Below, one piece after another: positions 8,714-17,855 of a stretch of 28,075 nt of DNA. The stretch spans positions 1-28,075 of the forward strand of contig JBFFUI010000031.1 of assembly GCA_041571435.1 (NCBI GenBank). Direction: 5' to 3'. The DNA is from Sulfurimonadaceae bacterium (GTDB lineage Bacteria; Campylobacterota; Campylobacteria; Campylobacterales; Sulfurimonadaceae). A program made the translations under genes and the position numbers. The notes under the pieces were generated by a model, which did no database searches, was not told the origin of the DNA, and saw only the letters and a program-made list of their open reading frames with translations. Positions within the stretch are counted from its first letter, which is position 1, and every line of letters begins with the position of its first letter.

Positions 8714-8962
8714 GCTTATTGAACTGCCTTGGTCTTTGGCGACTTCGGTCAACAGATCGCCCATCTTCTTCGCCGCTTCGATCATCGCCTCATCGCTGCT
8801 CTCTTCTAGCACCATACGTGCAATTGCCGGCAGGATATCGACATAAAGCGCGCGTGAATCATCGAGGCTCATCTTGCCCTCTTTGATGTTGCTGCCGGTC
8901 GAGTGCAGTACCATTGCCAGACCCAGGAAAAGTTCATTTGAATCGAGTTCCAACTTTGCCAT
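8711..8962 (-). CDS. Hypothetical protein (83 aa, acidic, probably helical)
   Basis: ATG after AAGGG, 9 nt downstream of the thrC stop; composition is protein-like; no family recognised. Confidence 0.7.
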   Translation of the reverse strand: MAKLELDSNELFLGLAMVLHSTGSNIKEGKMSLDDSRALYVDILPAIARMVLEESSDEAMIEAAKKMGDLLTEVAKDQGSSIS

Positions 8963-8971
8963 TGTACGCCC

Positions 8972-10444
8972 TTACAGAAATGCGAGGATCTCTTTTTCGA
9001 TATCCTCTTTTTCTATGATCGTATCTTGTGCAATCTTCTTCTCAAACAGCTCGCTGATCATTGCCGGAATCGAGATGTTCGCTTCCTTGGCAATCGATTT
9101 GAGCGCATCGATATCATGGGCATCTACCTCGCCTGTCAAAGCATTGGCTATCGTCGGCGAGAACTTTGTCCACTCTGCCGTCGAGTAGATGATGCTTTTG
9201 AGCGGTTTCTCACTGCAGGTCTCATACGCTTTGAAACAGGTTGCCGTGTGCGGGTCCATCAGGTAACCCTCTTCTGTAAACGCTTTTTTAATGTACGCTT
9301 TGCCTTCTTCACCGTTACAGAAGTCTGCTGTGAAAAGCGCCTGCAGTGCTGTCAGTTCGTCAGCAGTCAGCTGATAGACCTTGTTGTTGTCAAGTTCAGC
9401 CATCAGCTCTTTTGTGCGCTCGGCACCGAACAAATCGTAGATGACACGCTCGACGTTTGATGATTTGAGGATATCCATCGCCGGCGAGGTCGTAGCGATA
9501 AGCGCTTTGTTGCGCATGTCGTAGACACCTGTCTTGATAAGCTCCGTCAGGACATTGTTCTCATTTGAAGAGATCACCATCTTCTCAACCGGAAGACCCA
9601 TCTTTTTGGCGTAGAACGCTCCCAGGACATTACCGAAGTTTCCGCTCGGTACGTTCAGATAGACATTCTCGCCCATCGTGATCGCCTTTTGTCGGACCAG
9701 CTCAAGATAGGAGTGGATGTGGTAGATGATCTGGAAGATGATACGGCCGAAGTTCACGGAGTTGGCTGCGGAAAGAGAGATGTTCTTCTTTTTCAGCTCC
9801 GCCTTGAAGGTCTTTGATGCCAGCAGGTGTTTCAACGCTGATTGCGCATCGTCGAAGTTCCCTTTGATACCGATGACCTTCAGGTTTGCCGCATCTTCTG
9901 TGACCATCTGAAGACGCTGGACATCGGATGTCCCACCATCTGGGTAGAGACAGGCGACCTGGACTTTGTCGCGGTTTTTAAAGGTCTCCAGTGCTGCCGG
10001 GCCGGTGTCACCGCTTGTGGCTGCCAAAATAAGATAGTTCTCATCACGTTTTTGGGCGATCGCTGAGAGCACTTTTCCAAATGGCTGAAGGGCCATGTCT
10101 TTGAAGGCACGGGTCGGACCGTGGTAGAGTTCGCTGACATAGAGGTCCTCCTTGACCTTGACGACAGGAACCGGGTTTTTCGGATCATCGAAGTTGTCAT
10201 AAAGTGCCAGCGCTTCGTCAATGACACTTTCATCAATATCGATCTCAAAACGCGTCAACATATCTTTTGCAACGGTCTTGTAGTCACTTTCGAGGTGTTT
10301 TTCTAAAAAAGCTTCCCCGAGTTCAGGCAGAGACTCGGGAACATAGAGACCGCCAAAAGAGGCGATCGGGCTTAAAATAGCTTGTGAAAATGTGACTGAC
10401 GCCGGGTGCTGGCCGTCATTACCGCGTGTTTCAATAAAGTTCAT
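8972..10444 (-). CDS. thrC: Threonine synthase
   Basis: ETRG, GGLYVP, ELYHGPTRAFKDMAL, ATSGDTG, SAANSVNFGR, VPSGNFGN, SPAMDI, DPHTA. ATG at 10444 follows AAGAAGG. Confidence 0.97.
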   Translation of the reverse strand: MNFIETRGNDGQHPASVTFSQAILSPIASFGGLYVPESLPELGEAFLEKHLESDYKTVAKDMLTRFEIDIDESVIDEALALYDNFDDPKNPVPVVKVKEDLYVSELYHGPTRAFKDMALQPFGKVLSAIAQKRDENYLILAATSGDTGPAALETFKNRDKVQVACLYPDGGTSDVQRLQMVTEDAANLKVIGIKGNFDDAQSALKHLLASKTFKAELKKKNISLSAANSVNFGRIIFQIIYHIHSYLELVRQKAITMGENVYLNVPSGNFGNVLGAFYAKKMGLPVEKMVISSNENNVLTELIKTGVYDMRNKALIATTSPAMDILKSSNVERVIYDLFGAERTKELMAELDNNKVYQLTADELTALQALFTADFCNGEEGKAYIKKAFTEEGYLMDPHTATCFKAYETCSEKPLKSIIYSTAEWTKFSPTIANALTGEVDAHDIDALKSIAKEANISIPAMISELFEKKIAQDTIIEKEDIEKEILAFL

Positions 10445-10470
10445 AAACAACCTTCTTAAATAGTGGCGCG

Positions 10471-10479
10471 ATTATAACA
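10471..10479 (-). promoter_or_regulatory. Extended -10 promoter for thrC
   Basis: TGTTATAAT on the minus strand, 26 nt upstream of the ATG. Confidence 0.6.
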
Positions 10480-10537
10480 AAATAGCGGTTATAAAACATT
10501 TGCATCCTCTTTTACAGTAGAAACAGCCCTTGAATCC

Positions 10538-10558
10538 ACTATTCTCAAACAGAATAGT
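10538..10558. other. Perfect 8-bp inverted repeat (hairpin or operator)
   Basis: ACTATTCT-caaac-AGAATAGT between the AMMECR1-Memo gene end and the thrC promoter. Confidence 0.4.
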
Positions 10559-10631
10559 CTTGCGCCGAGTTTTGAAGCGACGACCACACATATGCGCGGT
10601 GCCATGCGTCCCTATCTTCGATGGCAGCTGA

Positions 10632-12035
10632 TCACCAGAAAACGGCGCTCATGTACCCCACAACATGCTGCCTCTCACCTGAGGTATCCGCACTGGAACG
10701 ATGGTCAAGCAGTTCACTGTGCAGCCCCAACGCCTTTGCCGCTCGGACCAACGCCTCTATGCCGGCGTAGCCGCACGCTTCGCAACCTTGTTTCAACACG
10801 GCCGGATCGAGCGTTTCGACACCCTTCTGACAGACAAGATCACGTTTTTTCGCCTCTTTTTGCGAATAGTAGTGGCTCAGGTCACTGCTGACGACCACAA
10901 GGTTGTCCGGATCTTTTAAGAGATACGCCATCATCTCGGAAAGCGCTTGCGGCGACACCTCGCCATACACCAGTTCAATCACCTTTTTCTCCGGCATATA
11001 GTGGTTGATAAACGGCAGCTGCACTTCCGTACTGTGTTCATTATGGTAAATTACATCCATCTCCTGCAGTGCAAACCGCTGCTTCATTTGGTCAAGATAC
11101 CCCATATCACTGCGCAGGATGCCGCATGGCGTTGCAAAAGCTTCATAGGAAGAGGCACTGATACCGCTGAAATAGGTGTCATGGCTCGGTCCGATGAGAA
11201 TGATCCGTTTCGCCCTGCTCTTTATGGCTGAACGATAGGCAAGATCTGCCGTATAGCCGCTGAAAACATACCCGGCATGCGGCACGATGATGGCACGTGG
11301 CGTATGTGTGGACACGGCCTTTTTTGCATGTTGCGCCCTGTTTCTGAAGGAGGCGAACCTGTGTTCGACGCCAAGGCACTCTTTTGGATAGAATCGTCCA
11401 GCATTGGGTGTGGGCCGCCGGCTCAGTTCATCTTCACTGTATTTATCAACACGGTAACGATAGATCCGAGGGTGCTCTTTGAGACAATTTGTCTTCAGAC
11501 CTGCTTTTTCGCACAAGGAAGCGAAAAACTGGTCAAAGTCCGGAATATCTTCCCATACCTGAGGCAGGTAGGTCGCCTTATGCAGAAACGTCTTCAGGAT
11601 GATCCCATCCCTGCCGACAACAATCTCTTTGCGAAGTGCATCAACGCTCTCATAGCTTATGCGTTCTGGCGGCGTCAGTACCGAGACTTCAACTGCGAGA
11701 CCGGAGAGTTCCCTGCGCTTGAGAGAGAGAAAACGCGGATCGGAAAAAGCGGCTGATCTGCTGTTTGAGACAAGGTCATCGATAAGCGGACGGAACGCCT
11801 CCAGAGAGCCGATGCAGCCGCGCAACCGTTTGTGCTCATAGAGTGTCACAAATGTAGCACCCTCTTTTGAGAGATAGGGGTTGGCTTTGATCAGTGCGCG
11901 CTTGTCATAAAGCTTTCGGCCGGTAAACTCGCTTACGATCGTATCACGGGCGATCCCTGTCAGAACTGACGTCTTGGACTCGGCATAGAGAGAAAATGAC
12001 AAAAGAGAAACAAAAAGTATTATCCGGCACATCAT
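10632..12035 (-). CDS. Fused AmmeMemoRadiSam protein A (AMMECR1) and protein B (Memo-like), with predicted signal peptide
   Basis: N-half: GATFVTL, LRGCIGS, AAFSDPRF, VEVSVLT, ATYLPQV. C-half: AGRFYP, IVPHAGY, IGPSH, EHSTEVQLPF, SSDLSHY, EACG, VVGY. Start at 12035 or 12032 is uncertain. Confidence 0.9.
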   Translation of the reverse strand: MMCRIILFVSLLSFSLYAESKTSVLTGIARDTIVSEFTGRKLYDKRALIKANPYLSKEGATFVTLYEHKRLRGCIGSLEAFRPLIDDLVSNSRSAAFSDPRFLSLKRRELSGLAVEVSVLTPPERISYESVDALRKEIVVGRDGIILKTFLHKATYLPQVWEDIPDFDQFFASLCEKAGLKTNCLKEHPRIYRYRVDKYSEDELSRRPTPNAGRFYPKECLGVEHRFASFRNRAQHAKKAVSTHTPRAIIVPHAGYVFSGYTADLAYRSAIKSRAKRIILIGPSHDTYFSGISASSYEAFATPCGILRSDMGYLDQMKQRFALQEMDVIYHNEHSTEVQLPFINHYMPEKKVIELVYGEVSPQALSEMMAYLLKDPDNLVVVSSDLSHYYSQKEAKKRDLVCQKGVETLDPAVLKQGCEACGYAGIEALVRAAKALGLHSELLDHRSSADTSGERQHVVGYMSAVFW

Positions 12036-12086
12036 CCTAATATAGTACTGCAATATACTAGAAAGAGTACTTATTGACGTGTTCTG

Positions 12087-12407
12087 TTATCCCAGTGCGT
12101 TCTGCGCCCACTGCAGATAGGACTTGGCCCCTTTTATGACCGGCAGTGCAATGATCTCGGGTACTTCGTACGGATGCAGCGCCATAAGCCGCTTCTCCGC
12201 AGCCTTGTAGTGGGCTTTGTCTGTTTTAATAAGGAGCAATAGTTCCTCATCCTCGCAGAATTCACCGTCATAGATGTAAAACGACGTTATCTTTGGCACA
12301 ATATTGACACAAACGCAGAGCTGCTCTTCAACCAGCTTTTTAGCGATCTTTTTCGCTACTTTTTTAGTCGGTACCGAACACTGTATCTGAATCAGTTTTG
12401 TCTTCAT
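12087..12407 (-). CDS. cutA: Divalent-cation tolerance protein CutA
   Basis: AKKIAKKLVE, CVNIVP, ITSFY, ELLLLIKT, HPYEVPEII, YLQW. Confidence 0.93.
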   Translation of the reverse strand: MKTKLIQIQCSVPTKKVAKKIAKKLVEEQLCVCVNIVPKITSFYIYDGEFCEDEELLLLIKTDKAHYKAAEKRLMALHPYEVPEIIALPVIKGAKSYLQWAQNALG

Positions 12408-12409
12408 GG

Positions 12410-13261
12410 CTAAAGCGTGATCTCGGTTCCGATACCCTCTTCTGTGAAGAGCTCAAGCAACATAGAGTGTTCGATACGTCCATCGATGATGTGCGCCTTG
12501 TTGACACCGCCGTCGATCGCTTCCAGACAGGCGTCGACTTTTGGCACCATCCCGCCGTGGATCGTTCCATCCGCTTTGAGCGCGATCACATCATCTTCAG
12601 TCAAAGACGAAAGAAGTTCCATCTCTTTGTTCAAAACACCCTCTGTGTCCGTCATAAAGATAACTTTATCCGCCTGAAGGGCCTTTGCGATATGGGCAGC
12701 AGCAAAATCAGCATTGATGTTGTAACCGGGGTGTCCAAGCTCTTCGTCGGCGGCGATCGGTGCGATGACCGGGATAAACTTTTCATGGATCATTCTATGG
12801 ATGACGTCAGCGTTGACAGAGGTTATCGTACCTGTAAGTCCCCATTTTGCGTGTTCTTTAGGCTCTGCATGCATGAAGTGCGCATCTTTGCCGTTGATAC
12901 CGATCGCTTTGGCACCGTGTGCATTGAGCAGAGAGACGATCTCGTTGTTGACCTCGCCGCACAGTACCATCTCGACAATGCGCATCACTTCCGGTGTCGT
13001 AATACGTTGACCGTCCACAAATTCGGTCGGGATATCCAGCTTGGTCAGCATCTCCGTAATACGAGGCCCGCCGCCATGGACGACAACAGGACGCAATCCG
13101 ACCAGGTGCATCAGTAAAATATCCTCTGCAAACTTCTCTTTGAGTTCAGGCGATGTCTGTGCAGCACCACCGTACTTGATGACGATGATCTTATTGTTAA
13201 ACTTTTTGATAAACGGCAGCGCCTCTAAGAGGGTCTGTACCTTTTTTGGCTTACTCTTCAT
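12410..13261 (-). CDS. argB: Acetylglutamate kinase
   Basis: LLEALPFI, VIKYGG, VVVHGGGP, GQRIT, NINAD, GGMVPKV, AHIIDGR. Start taken at MKSKP (13261). Confidence 0.97.
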   Translation of the reverse strand: MKSKPKKVQTLLEALPFIKKFNNKIIVIKYGGAAQTSPELKEKFAEDILLMHLVGLRPVVVHGGGPRITEMLTKLDIPTEFVDGQRITTPEVMRIVEMVLCGEVNNEIVSLLNAHGAKAIGINGKDAHFMHAEPKEHAKWGLTGTITSVNADVIHRMIHEKFIPVIAPIAADEELGHPGYNINADFAAAHIAKALQADKVIFMTDTEGVLNKEMELLSSLTEDDVIALKADGTIHGGMVPKVDACLEAIDGGVNKAHIIDGRIEHSMLLELFTEEGIGTEITL

Positions 13262-14189
13262 TACTGTTCTCGCTTTTAGAAATAGTATTATGGACGTAGT
13301 CATCTACCGCGTGTGTGAAGCTTTCATCCAGTTCAAGACTGAGATCCATCAGGCTCACGGGTAGACCGAATTGACGAATTTTAACGTAATCTTTTAAAGT
13401 CACCAATAAACTGTCTGCGCCTGTTCGTGCCAAAATAGCGTCAAGTTCACTTTTCGTGAAATAGTGGTGATCTTCAAAGTAGACCTTGTCGACAACGTCG
13501 GGAAGATAGGGGTCCAATCTCTCGGCTCGTGCGATCGCGGTGACCAGGACCATCTTCTCTGTTGCATCGATCAACTTGACACTGCGCTTGAACGCCACGC
13601 CTTCTTGGATGACCAGCGCATCTTTTCCGCGCCATAGCCGCTCTCTATAAGGACCGGCTGGCAGGCAAAAACTGTTTTTGGAGGCGACCTCGATCACAAT
13701 GTCCAGTTTCTTGATATGGTGTTTGTTGTAGCCGTCATCCAAAAAGACAACGCTGCAGCCCATCTCTTTGGCTTTTTCTATAGCTCTCTCGCGTTTTTCG
13801 CTCACGATCACGACTGCATGCGAAAGCACATTGGCATAGAGCATCGCTTCATCACCGCTGACATCAACATCGACCAGGACACGTTTGCCGTCAGAGACGA
13901 CGACCATCCCTTCGCTTTTTCTGCCGTATCCGCGAAGCACGACAGCAGCCTTTTCATAGCGCGCTGCCAGGGCGGAGACAATAGGTGTCTTGCCGCTTCC
14001 ACCGACAGTGAGGTTACCGACACTGACAATGGGGATCTGAAAATCCTCTGGCCGGCTGTTTCTGTATCGCAGGTTCATCACGGCACAATAGAGCAGACTC
14101 ACAGGCCAAAGCAGCAGTGACAGAAGTTTTTGTATGAGGCTGGGCGCATAGAGATAGCGCTCACCCCACAGCGTCAGTGTGTGTTTCAA
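13251..14189 (-). CDS. lpxK: Tetraacyldisaccharide 4'-kinase
   Basis: VSVGNLTVGGSGKTP, LRGYG, SGDEA, LDDG, LPAGPYRE, FEDHH. TTG start overlaps the upstream TGA. Confidence 0.95.
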   Translation of the reverse strand: MKHTLTLWGERYLYAPSLIQKLLSLLLWPVSLLYCAVMNLRYRNSRPEDFQIPIVSVGNLTVGGSGKTPIVSALAARYEKAAVVLRGYGRKSEGMVVVSDGKRVLVDVDVSGDEAMLYANVLSHAVVIVSEKRERAIEKAKEMGCSVVFLDDGYNKHHIKKLDIVIEVASKNSFCLPAGPYRERLWRGKDALVIQEGVAFKRSVKLIDATEKMVLVTAIARAERLDPYLPDVVDKVYFEDHHYFTKSELDAILARTGADSLLVTLKDYVKIRQFGLPVSLMDLSLELDESFTHAVDDYVHNTISKSENSNEE

Positions 14190-15304
14190 ACCCGTGTTTT
14201 GGCAACTTCTTTGATTGCGTCGCAGATGTAATCGACCTCTTTGTCACTCATTGCCGCATAGATCGGAAGAGAGAGGATCGATTGGTAGTTGCGAAGTGCC
14301 ACCGGGAAATCATTAATACGCAACATATATTTGCTTTTATAGTAGCTCATCAGGTGCAGCGGAATGTAATGAAGGCCCGTCGCAATCCCTTTTTTCTCCA
14401 ACTCGCGTGCAAAGGAATCACGGTTTTTGTCAATTTTGACAATATAGTTGCTGAAAGCGTGGTCCTCTACGACAACCGGCAGAGAGATATGTTCAACCCC
14501 TTTGAGTTTTGCATTGTACCGTGCTGCGATCTCTTGCTGGCGTGCGATGGTCTGGTCTTGTCTTGAGAGCTGCACATCGATAAATGCTGCATCAAGATCA
14601 CTCATGGTGTATTTATTCCCTATATCCGTCACGTCATAGATGTACTCTAAGCTGTCTTCGTCTACAACCAGGGCATGGTTGCGAAGCAGTTTCGCACGCT
14701 CCATGATATCCTCATCTTCCGTCACCAGCATACCGCCTTGACAGATACTCTTTTTCAGATGCTGTGAAAAGCTGAAGCAGGTGATCGCAGCACCGGTAGA
14801 ACCGATCTTCTGACCTCTATAGGTCGCACCCAGTGCATCACCGGCATCTTCGATGATCTTGATCCCGTAGATCTTGGCGATATTGTAGAGGCGCTCAAGG
14901 TCCATCGGCTGTCCCGCCGAATGTGAAACGATCACCGCTTTCAGCTTCTTGGACTTGTTGTCATCGAGGTAATTTTCCAGTTTGTCAAGATCGATGTTGA
15001 AAGTATCCTCATCGATATCGATAAAGGTCGGCTCCGCATCGAAGTGGCGTACGACTTCGGGAACAGCCGGGTGGGCGTTTACCGAACAGAGGACTTTGTC
15101 ACCGCGTTTCAGGTCAATAGCGAGCATTGCAAGATGCAGCGCCCCTGTCCCACTCGAAGTTGAGACAGCATACGAAGCCCCGACATAGGCTTGAAAGTTA
15201 TCTTCCAGATCCTCGACAGCGTAATAGGCGTCGCCGTTGAGGACATCAATGATCTTCTGTTGTTCTTTCTTTCCAATGTCCGTTCTGTAAAATGGGATTT
15301 GCAT
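14186..15304 (-). CDS. DegT/DnrJ/EryC1/StrS-family aminotransferase-like protein with a non-canonical lysine motif
   Basis: SSGTGALHLA, GDKV, IIEDAGDALG, CFSFSQHLKKSICQGGML, LHYIPLH, LSLPIY. Confidence 0.88.
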   Translation of the reverse strand: MQIPFYRTDIGKKEQQKIIDVLNGDAYYAVEDLEDNFQAYVGASYAVSTSSGTGALHLAMLAIDLKRGDKVLCSVNAHPAVPEVVRHFDAEPTFIDIDEDTFNIDLDKLENYLDDNKSKKLKAVIVSHSAGQPMDLERLYNIAKIYGIKIIEDAGDALGATYRGQKIGSTGAAITCFSFSQHLKKSICQGGMLVTEDEDIMERAKLLRNHALVVDEDSLEYIYDVTDIGNKYTMSDLDAAFIDVQLSRQDQTIARQQEIAARYNAKLKGVEHISLPVVVEDHAFSNYIVKIDKNRDSFARELEKKGIATGLHYIPLHLMSYYKSKYMLRINDFPVALRNYQSILSLPIYAAMSDKEVDYICDAIKEVAKTRV

Positions 15305-15315
15305 CTTCTTTTCCT

Positions 15316-16116
15316 TTATAGAGTGATATCTCGTGGATAGTTAAAATCGTGATTGATCGTTCGTGACGTGAGCTTCGCGATCACCGGCATCTTGCGCTTA
15401 AACTGGTTGCGGTAGATCCGGGTGACGATCAGCTCGACGAGCTTGGCATCATGCCCTTCTGCAACCAGTTCCTCTTTCGTCTTGCGCTCTTCGACATACG
15501 CCCGAAGCGCCGCGTCAAGAACAGCGTAGGTGTAGCCCAGTTCCTCTTCATCGCTCTGACCTTCCCAAAGGTCAGCCGAAGGCGGCTTGTCAATGATGGA
15601 GGCCGGTACGCCCAGATAGCGTGCCAGCTCAAACACTTCACTTTTGTACAGGTCGCCTATGGGGTTGATCGCCGAAGCGAGATCCCCGAAAAGCGTACCA
15701 TACCCCAACATCAGTTCACTCTTATTGCTGGTACCGAGGACCAAGGCCCCCTCTTCTGCAGAGACATCAAAAAGTGTCGCCATACGCATGCGCGCCGAGA
15801 AATTCCCTTTTCGCAGATTGCTCATGGAATCTTTCTCGTACGCTTGCAGAAGCGGTGAAATGTCGCAGGTAACCGCGCGCATCCCGAACTTCTTGACCAG
15901 TTCATCCGCATCATCCAGTGAGCTCTGCGATGAGTAGTGTGAGGGCATTTTGACACAAAGCAGATCGTCACCGAATGCTTTGTGTGCCAAAACAGCCACA
16001 ACCGCCGAATCGATACCGCCACTAAGTCCTAGGACAGCTTTGGTAAGACCCGTCTTGCATACCTCATCGTGTAAAAAACGGACGAGATAGTCAGTGATCA
16101 GCGCATATTTGCTCAT
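15316..16116 (-). CDS. nadE: NH3-dependent NAD+ synthetase
   Basis: LGLSGGIDS, GNFSARMRM, GTSNKSE, GYGTLFGD, PIGDLYKSEV, PPSADL, QSDE, FKR. Confidence 0.97.
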   Translation of the reverse strand: MSKYALITDYLVRFLHDEVCKTGLTKAVLGLSGGIDSAVVAVLAHKAFGDDLLCVKMPSHYSSQSSLDDADELVKKFGMRAVTCDISPLLQAYEKDSMSNLRKGNFSARMRMATLFDVSAEEGALVLGTSNKSELMLGYGTLFGDLASAINPIGDLYKSEVFELARYLGVPASIIDKPPSADLWEGQSDEEELGYTYAVLDAALRAYVEERKTKEELVAEGHDAKLVELIVTRIYRNQFKRKMPVIAKLTSRTINHDFNYPRDITL

Positions 16117-16206
16117 CAATAGCAACCTTAAAATGAAACTTAATTTATTATATTATATCTAAGCTAGATTATTAATTTGTTTACAAAGATTTAAAAAATT
16201 TTACGT

Positions 16207-17022
16207 TTAGCAGTGATGCCCGTCAAGGATCTTCTTCATCTCATCGCAACTGAAGCCCGCCTCTTTTCGCGCCTCGATATTGACCCCGTTTTTCTTGGGG
16301 AAAGCGCCCGGTGAGTACTTTTCAATGATCGCAAAAAAACTGTCAGGCGAGACACCCTCTTGTTCACACGCGTAGTGGAACCACCGGTCCCCTTTGTGCA
16401 CATGGTCGATCTCTTCGGTCAGAATCACCTTGAGGGCGGCCTTGATCTTCTCCAGCATCGGATCGCTCGGCAGGTTTTGCAGACGTTCGAGCACGGCAGG
16501 CGTTGCATCCAGCCCGTTGGCTTCCAGATAGCGGGGGACGACCGCCATGCGATCGAGGAGGTTCTGCGTCTTATAGGAGGCTTCGAAGAGGGAGTTATGG
16601 ACATCAAGATCACCATACTTTGCCCCCAGCTCTTCAAGCAGTGTGTTGAGCATCTCAAAGTGGCGTATCTCATCATCGGCGACTTCAAGCCAGTCGTCAT
16701 AATAGGCCTTCGGCAGACCCTGAAAACGGTAGGCATGGTCCAGGGCAAGGTCGATCGCACTGTACTCGATGTGGGCGATGGCATGAAGCAGTATGACCTT
16801 CCCGTTGTCGGTGGTCAGCTTTCGGCGTTTAGGCACTTTAAGCGGGGGGACCACATGACAGAACGCGGCATAACTCGGCGCCGTAAAGAGAAGGGGCGTG
16901 TAGCTCTTTTCAAAGATGACCTCACCCGCTTGATAGGCGGCATAAAAACGGCGAAATGCCGCAAATTTTTCTGAAGGGTCGCTCGTTGTCAGGATGGTCT
17001 CTAGTGATTTATAAAAATTCAT
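16207..17022 (-). CDS. Ferritin-like domain protein (DUF455)
   Basis: LHAIAHIEYSAIDLALD, DEIRHF, LEANGLD, EEIDHV, ARKEAGF. Start taken at MNFYK (17022). Confidence 0.9.
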   Translation of the reverse strand: MNFYKSLETILTTSDPSEKFAAFRRFYAAYQAGEVIFEKSYTPLLFTAPSYAAFCHVVPPLKVPKRRKLTTDNGKVILLHAIAHIEYSAIDLALDHAYRFQGLPKAYYDDWLEVADDEIRHFEMLNTLLEELGAKYGDLDVHNSLFEASYKTQNLLDRMAVVPRYLEANGLDATPAVLERLQNLPSDPMLEKIKAALKVILTEEIDHVHKGDRWFHYACEQEGVSPDSFFAIIEKYSPGAFPKKNGVNIEARKEAGFSCDEMKKILDGHHC

Positions 17023-17059
17023 AGGTATAATTTTACCAACATTATACGAAAGAATTTCA

Positions 17060-17659
17060 ATGCAGATCAAAGTTCAGCCTATGGGCATGTACCAAACCAA
17101 CTGTTATATCGTCACCGTCGACGGCAAAGACTTCATCATCGACCCCGGTGTCAACGCCACAGAGTGGGTCAAAGCCAATGTGACCCACCCCGTTGCGGTG
17201 CTCAATACCCACGCGCATTTTGATCATGTCTGGTGCAACCAGGAGGTCAAAGAGCTCTTTGACATTCCGCTCTACACTCCCAAAGATGACATCCCGATGT
17301 TGACCGACAACACCTGGGTACCCGAACTTCCGCCCTCTTTTCCCGATGTTGCCGTCGAAGGTGAAGTCTCCACACTCCAAATCGAAGGTGTAGCGGTGAC
17401 CTTCCGTCACTTCCCGGGGCACTGCCCGGGCTGCTCGACCATAGAGATAGAAGACGCCATGTTCAGCGGCGACTTTATCTTTGAGCGAAGCATCGGCCGT
17501 ACCGATTTTCCCTACTCCTCACCGCACGACATGGCCGACTCGCTCAAACGCTTTATGGCACTCGATTTTGACAAGACTATCTACCCCGGCCACGGCGGAA
17601 CGACCAGCATCAAAGCCGAACAGAAGAATGCCCCTTACTGGATCCAAAGCCTGGAATAG
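17060..17659 (+). CDS. MBL-fold metallo-hydrolase (glyoxalase II/YcbL-like)
   Basis: TNCYI, IIDPG, THAHFDH, PGHCPG, FSGDFIF, SIGRTDF, YPGHG. Confidence 0.93.
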   Translation: MQIKVQPMGMYQTNCYIVTVDGKDFIIDPGVNATEWVKANVTHPVAVLNTHAHFDHVWCNQEVKELFDIPLYTPKDDIPMLTDNTWVPELPPSFPDVAVEGEVSTLQIEGVAVTFRHFPGHCPGCSTIEIEDAMFSGDFIFERSIGRTDFPYSSPHDMADSLKRFMALDFDKTIYPGHGGTTSIKAEQKNAPYWIQSLE

Positions 17660-17660
17660 A

Positions 17661-17847
17661 GAATTTTGAATTTTGAAAAGATGGCGCAGCTCATCTTGGA
17701 AGCACAAAGTCTAAAAGTTTCAGATTTCGAGGAAACATCGCTTCGCGAGCGGTACCCTTGTTTTGGTGTAAGTTGTGCCGGACTAAGGCCGAAGGCGTAC
17801 TAGTGTGCGTCGAGCGTGCCGCGGTCCGGTGCAAATTGCACTGCAGC
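17661..17847. repeat. Structured intergenic repeat, copy B (heptamer repeat, mini-hairpins and ~88-nt long hairpin)
   Basis: GAATTTT x2 (17661-17674); AAGATG-GCGCAGC-T-CATCTT (17678-17697); GCTTCGC (17740-17746); long hairpin 17760-17847 similar to 8622-8713. Confidence 0.7.
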
Positions 17848-17855
17848 TGGAACTT

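Noticed and set aside
10559-10631. Threonine attenuator or riboswitch upstream of thrC
   Set aside because: No Thr/Ile-rich leader peptide, and the likely thrC promoter lies downstream of these weak hairpins.
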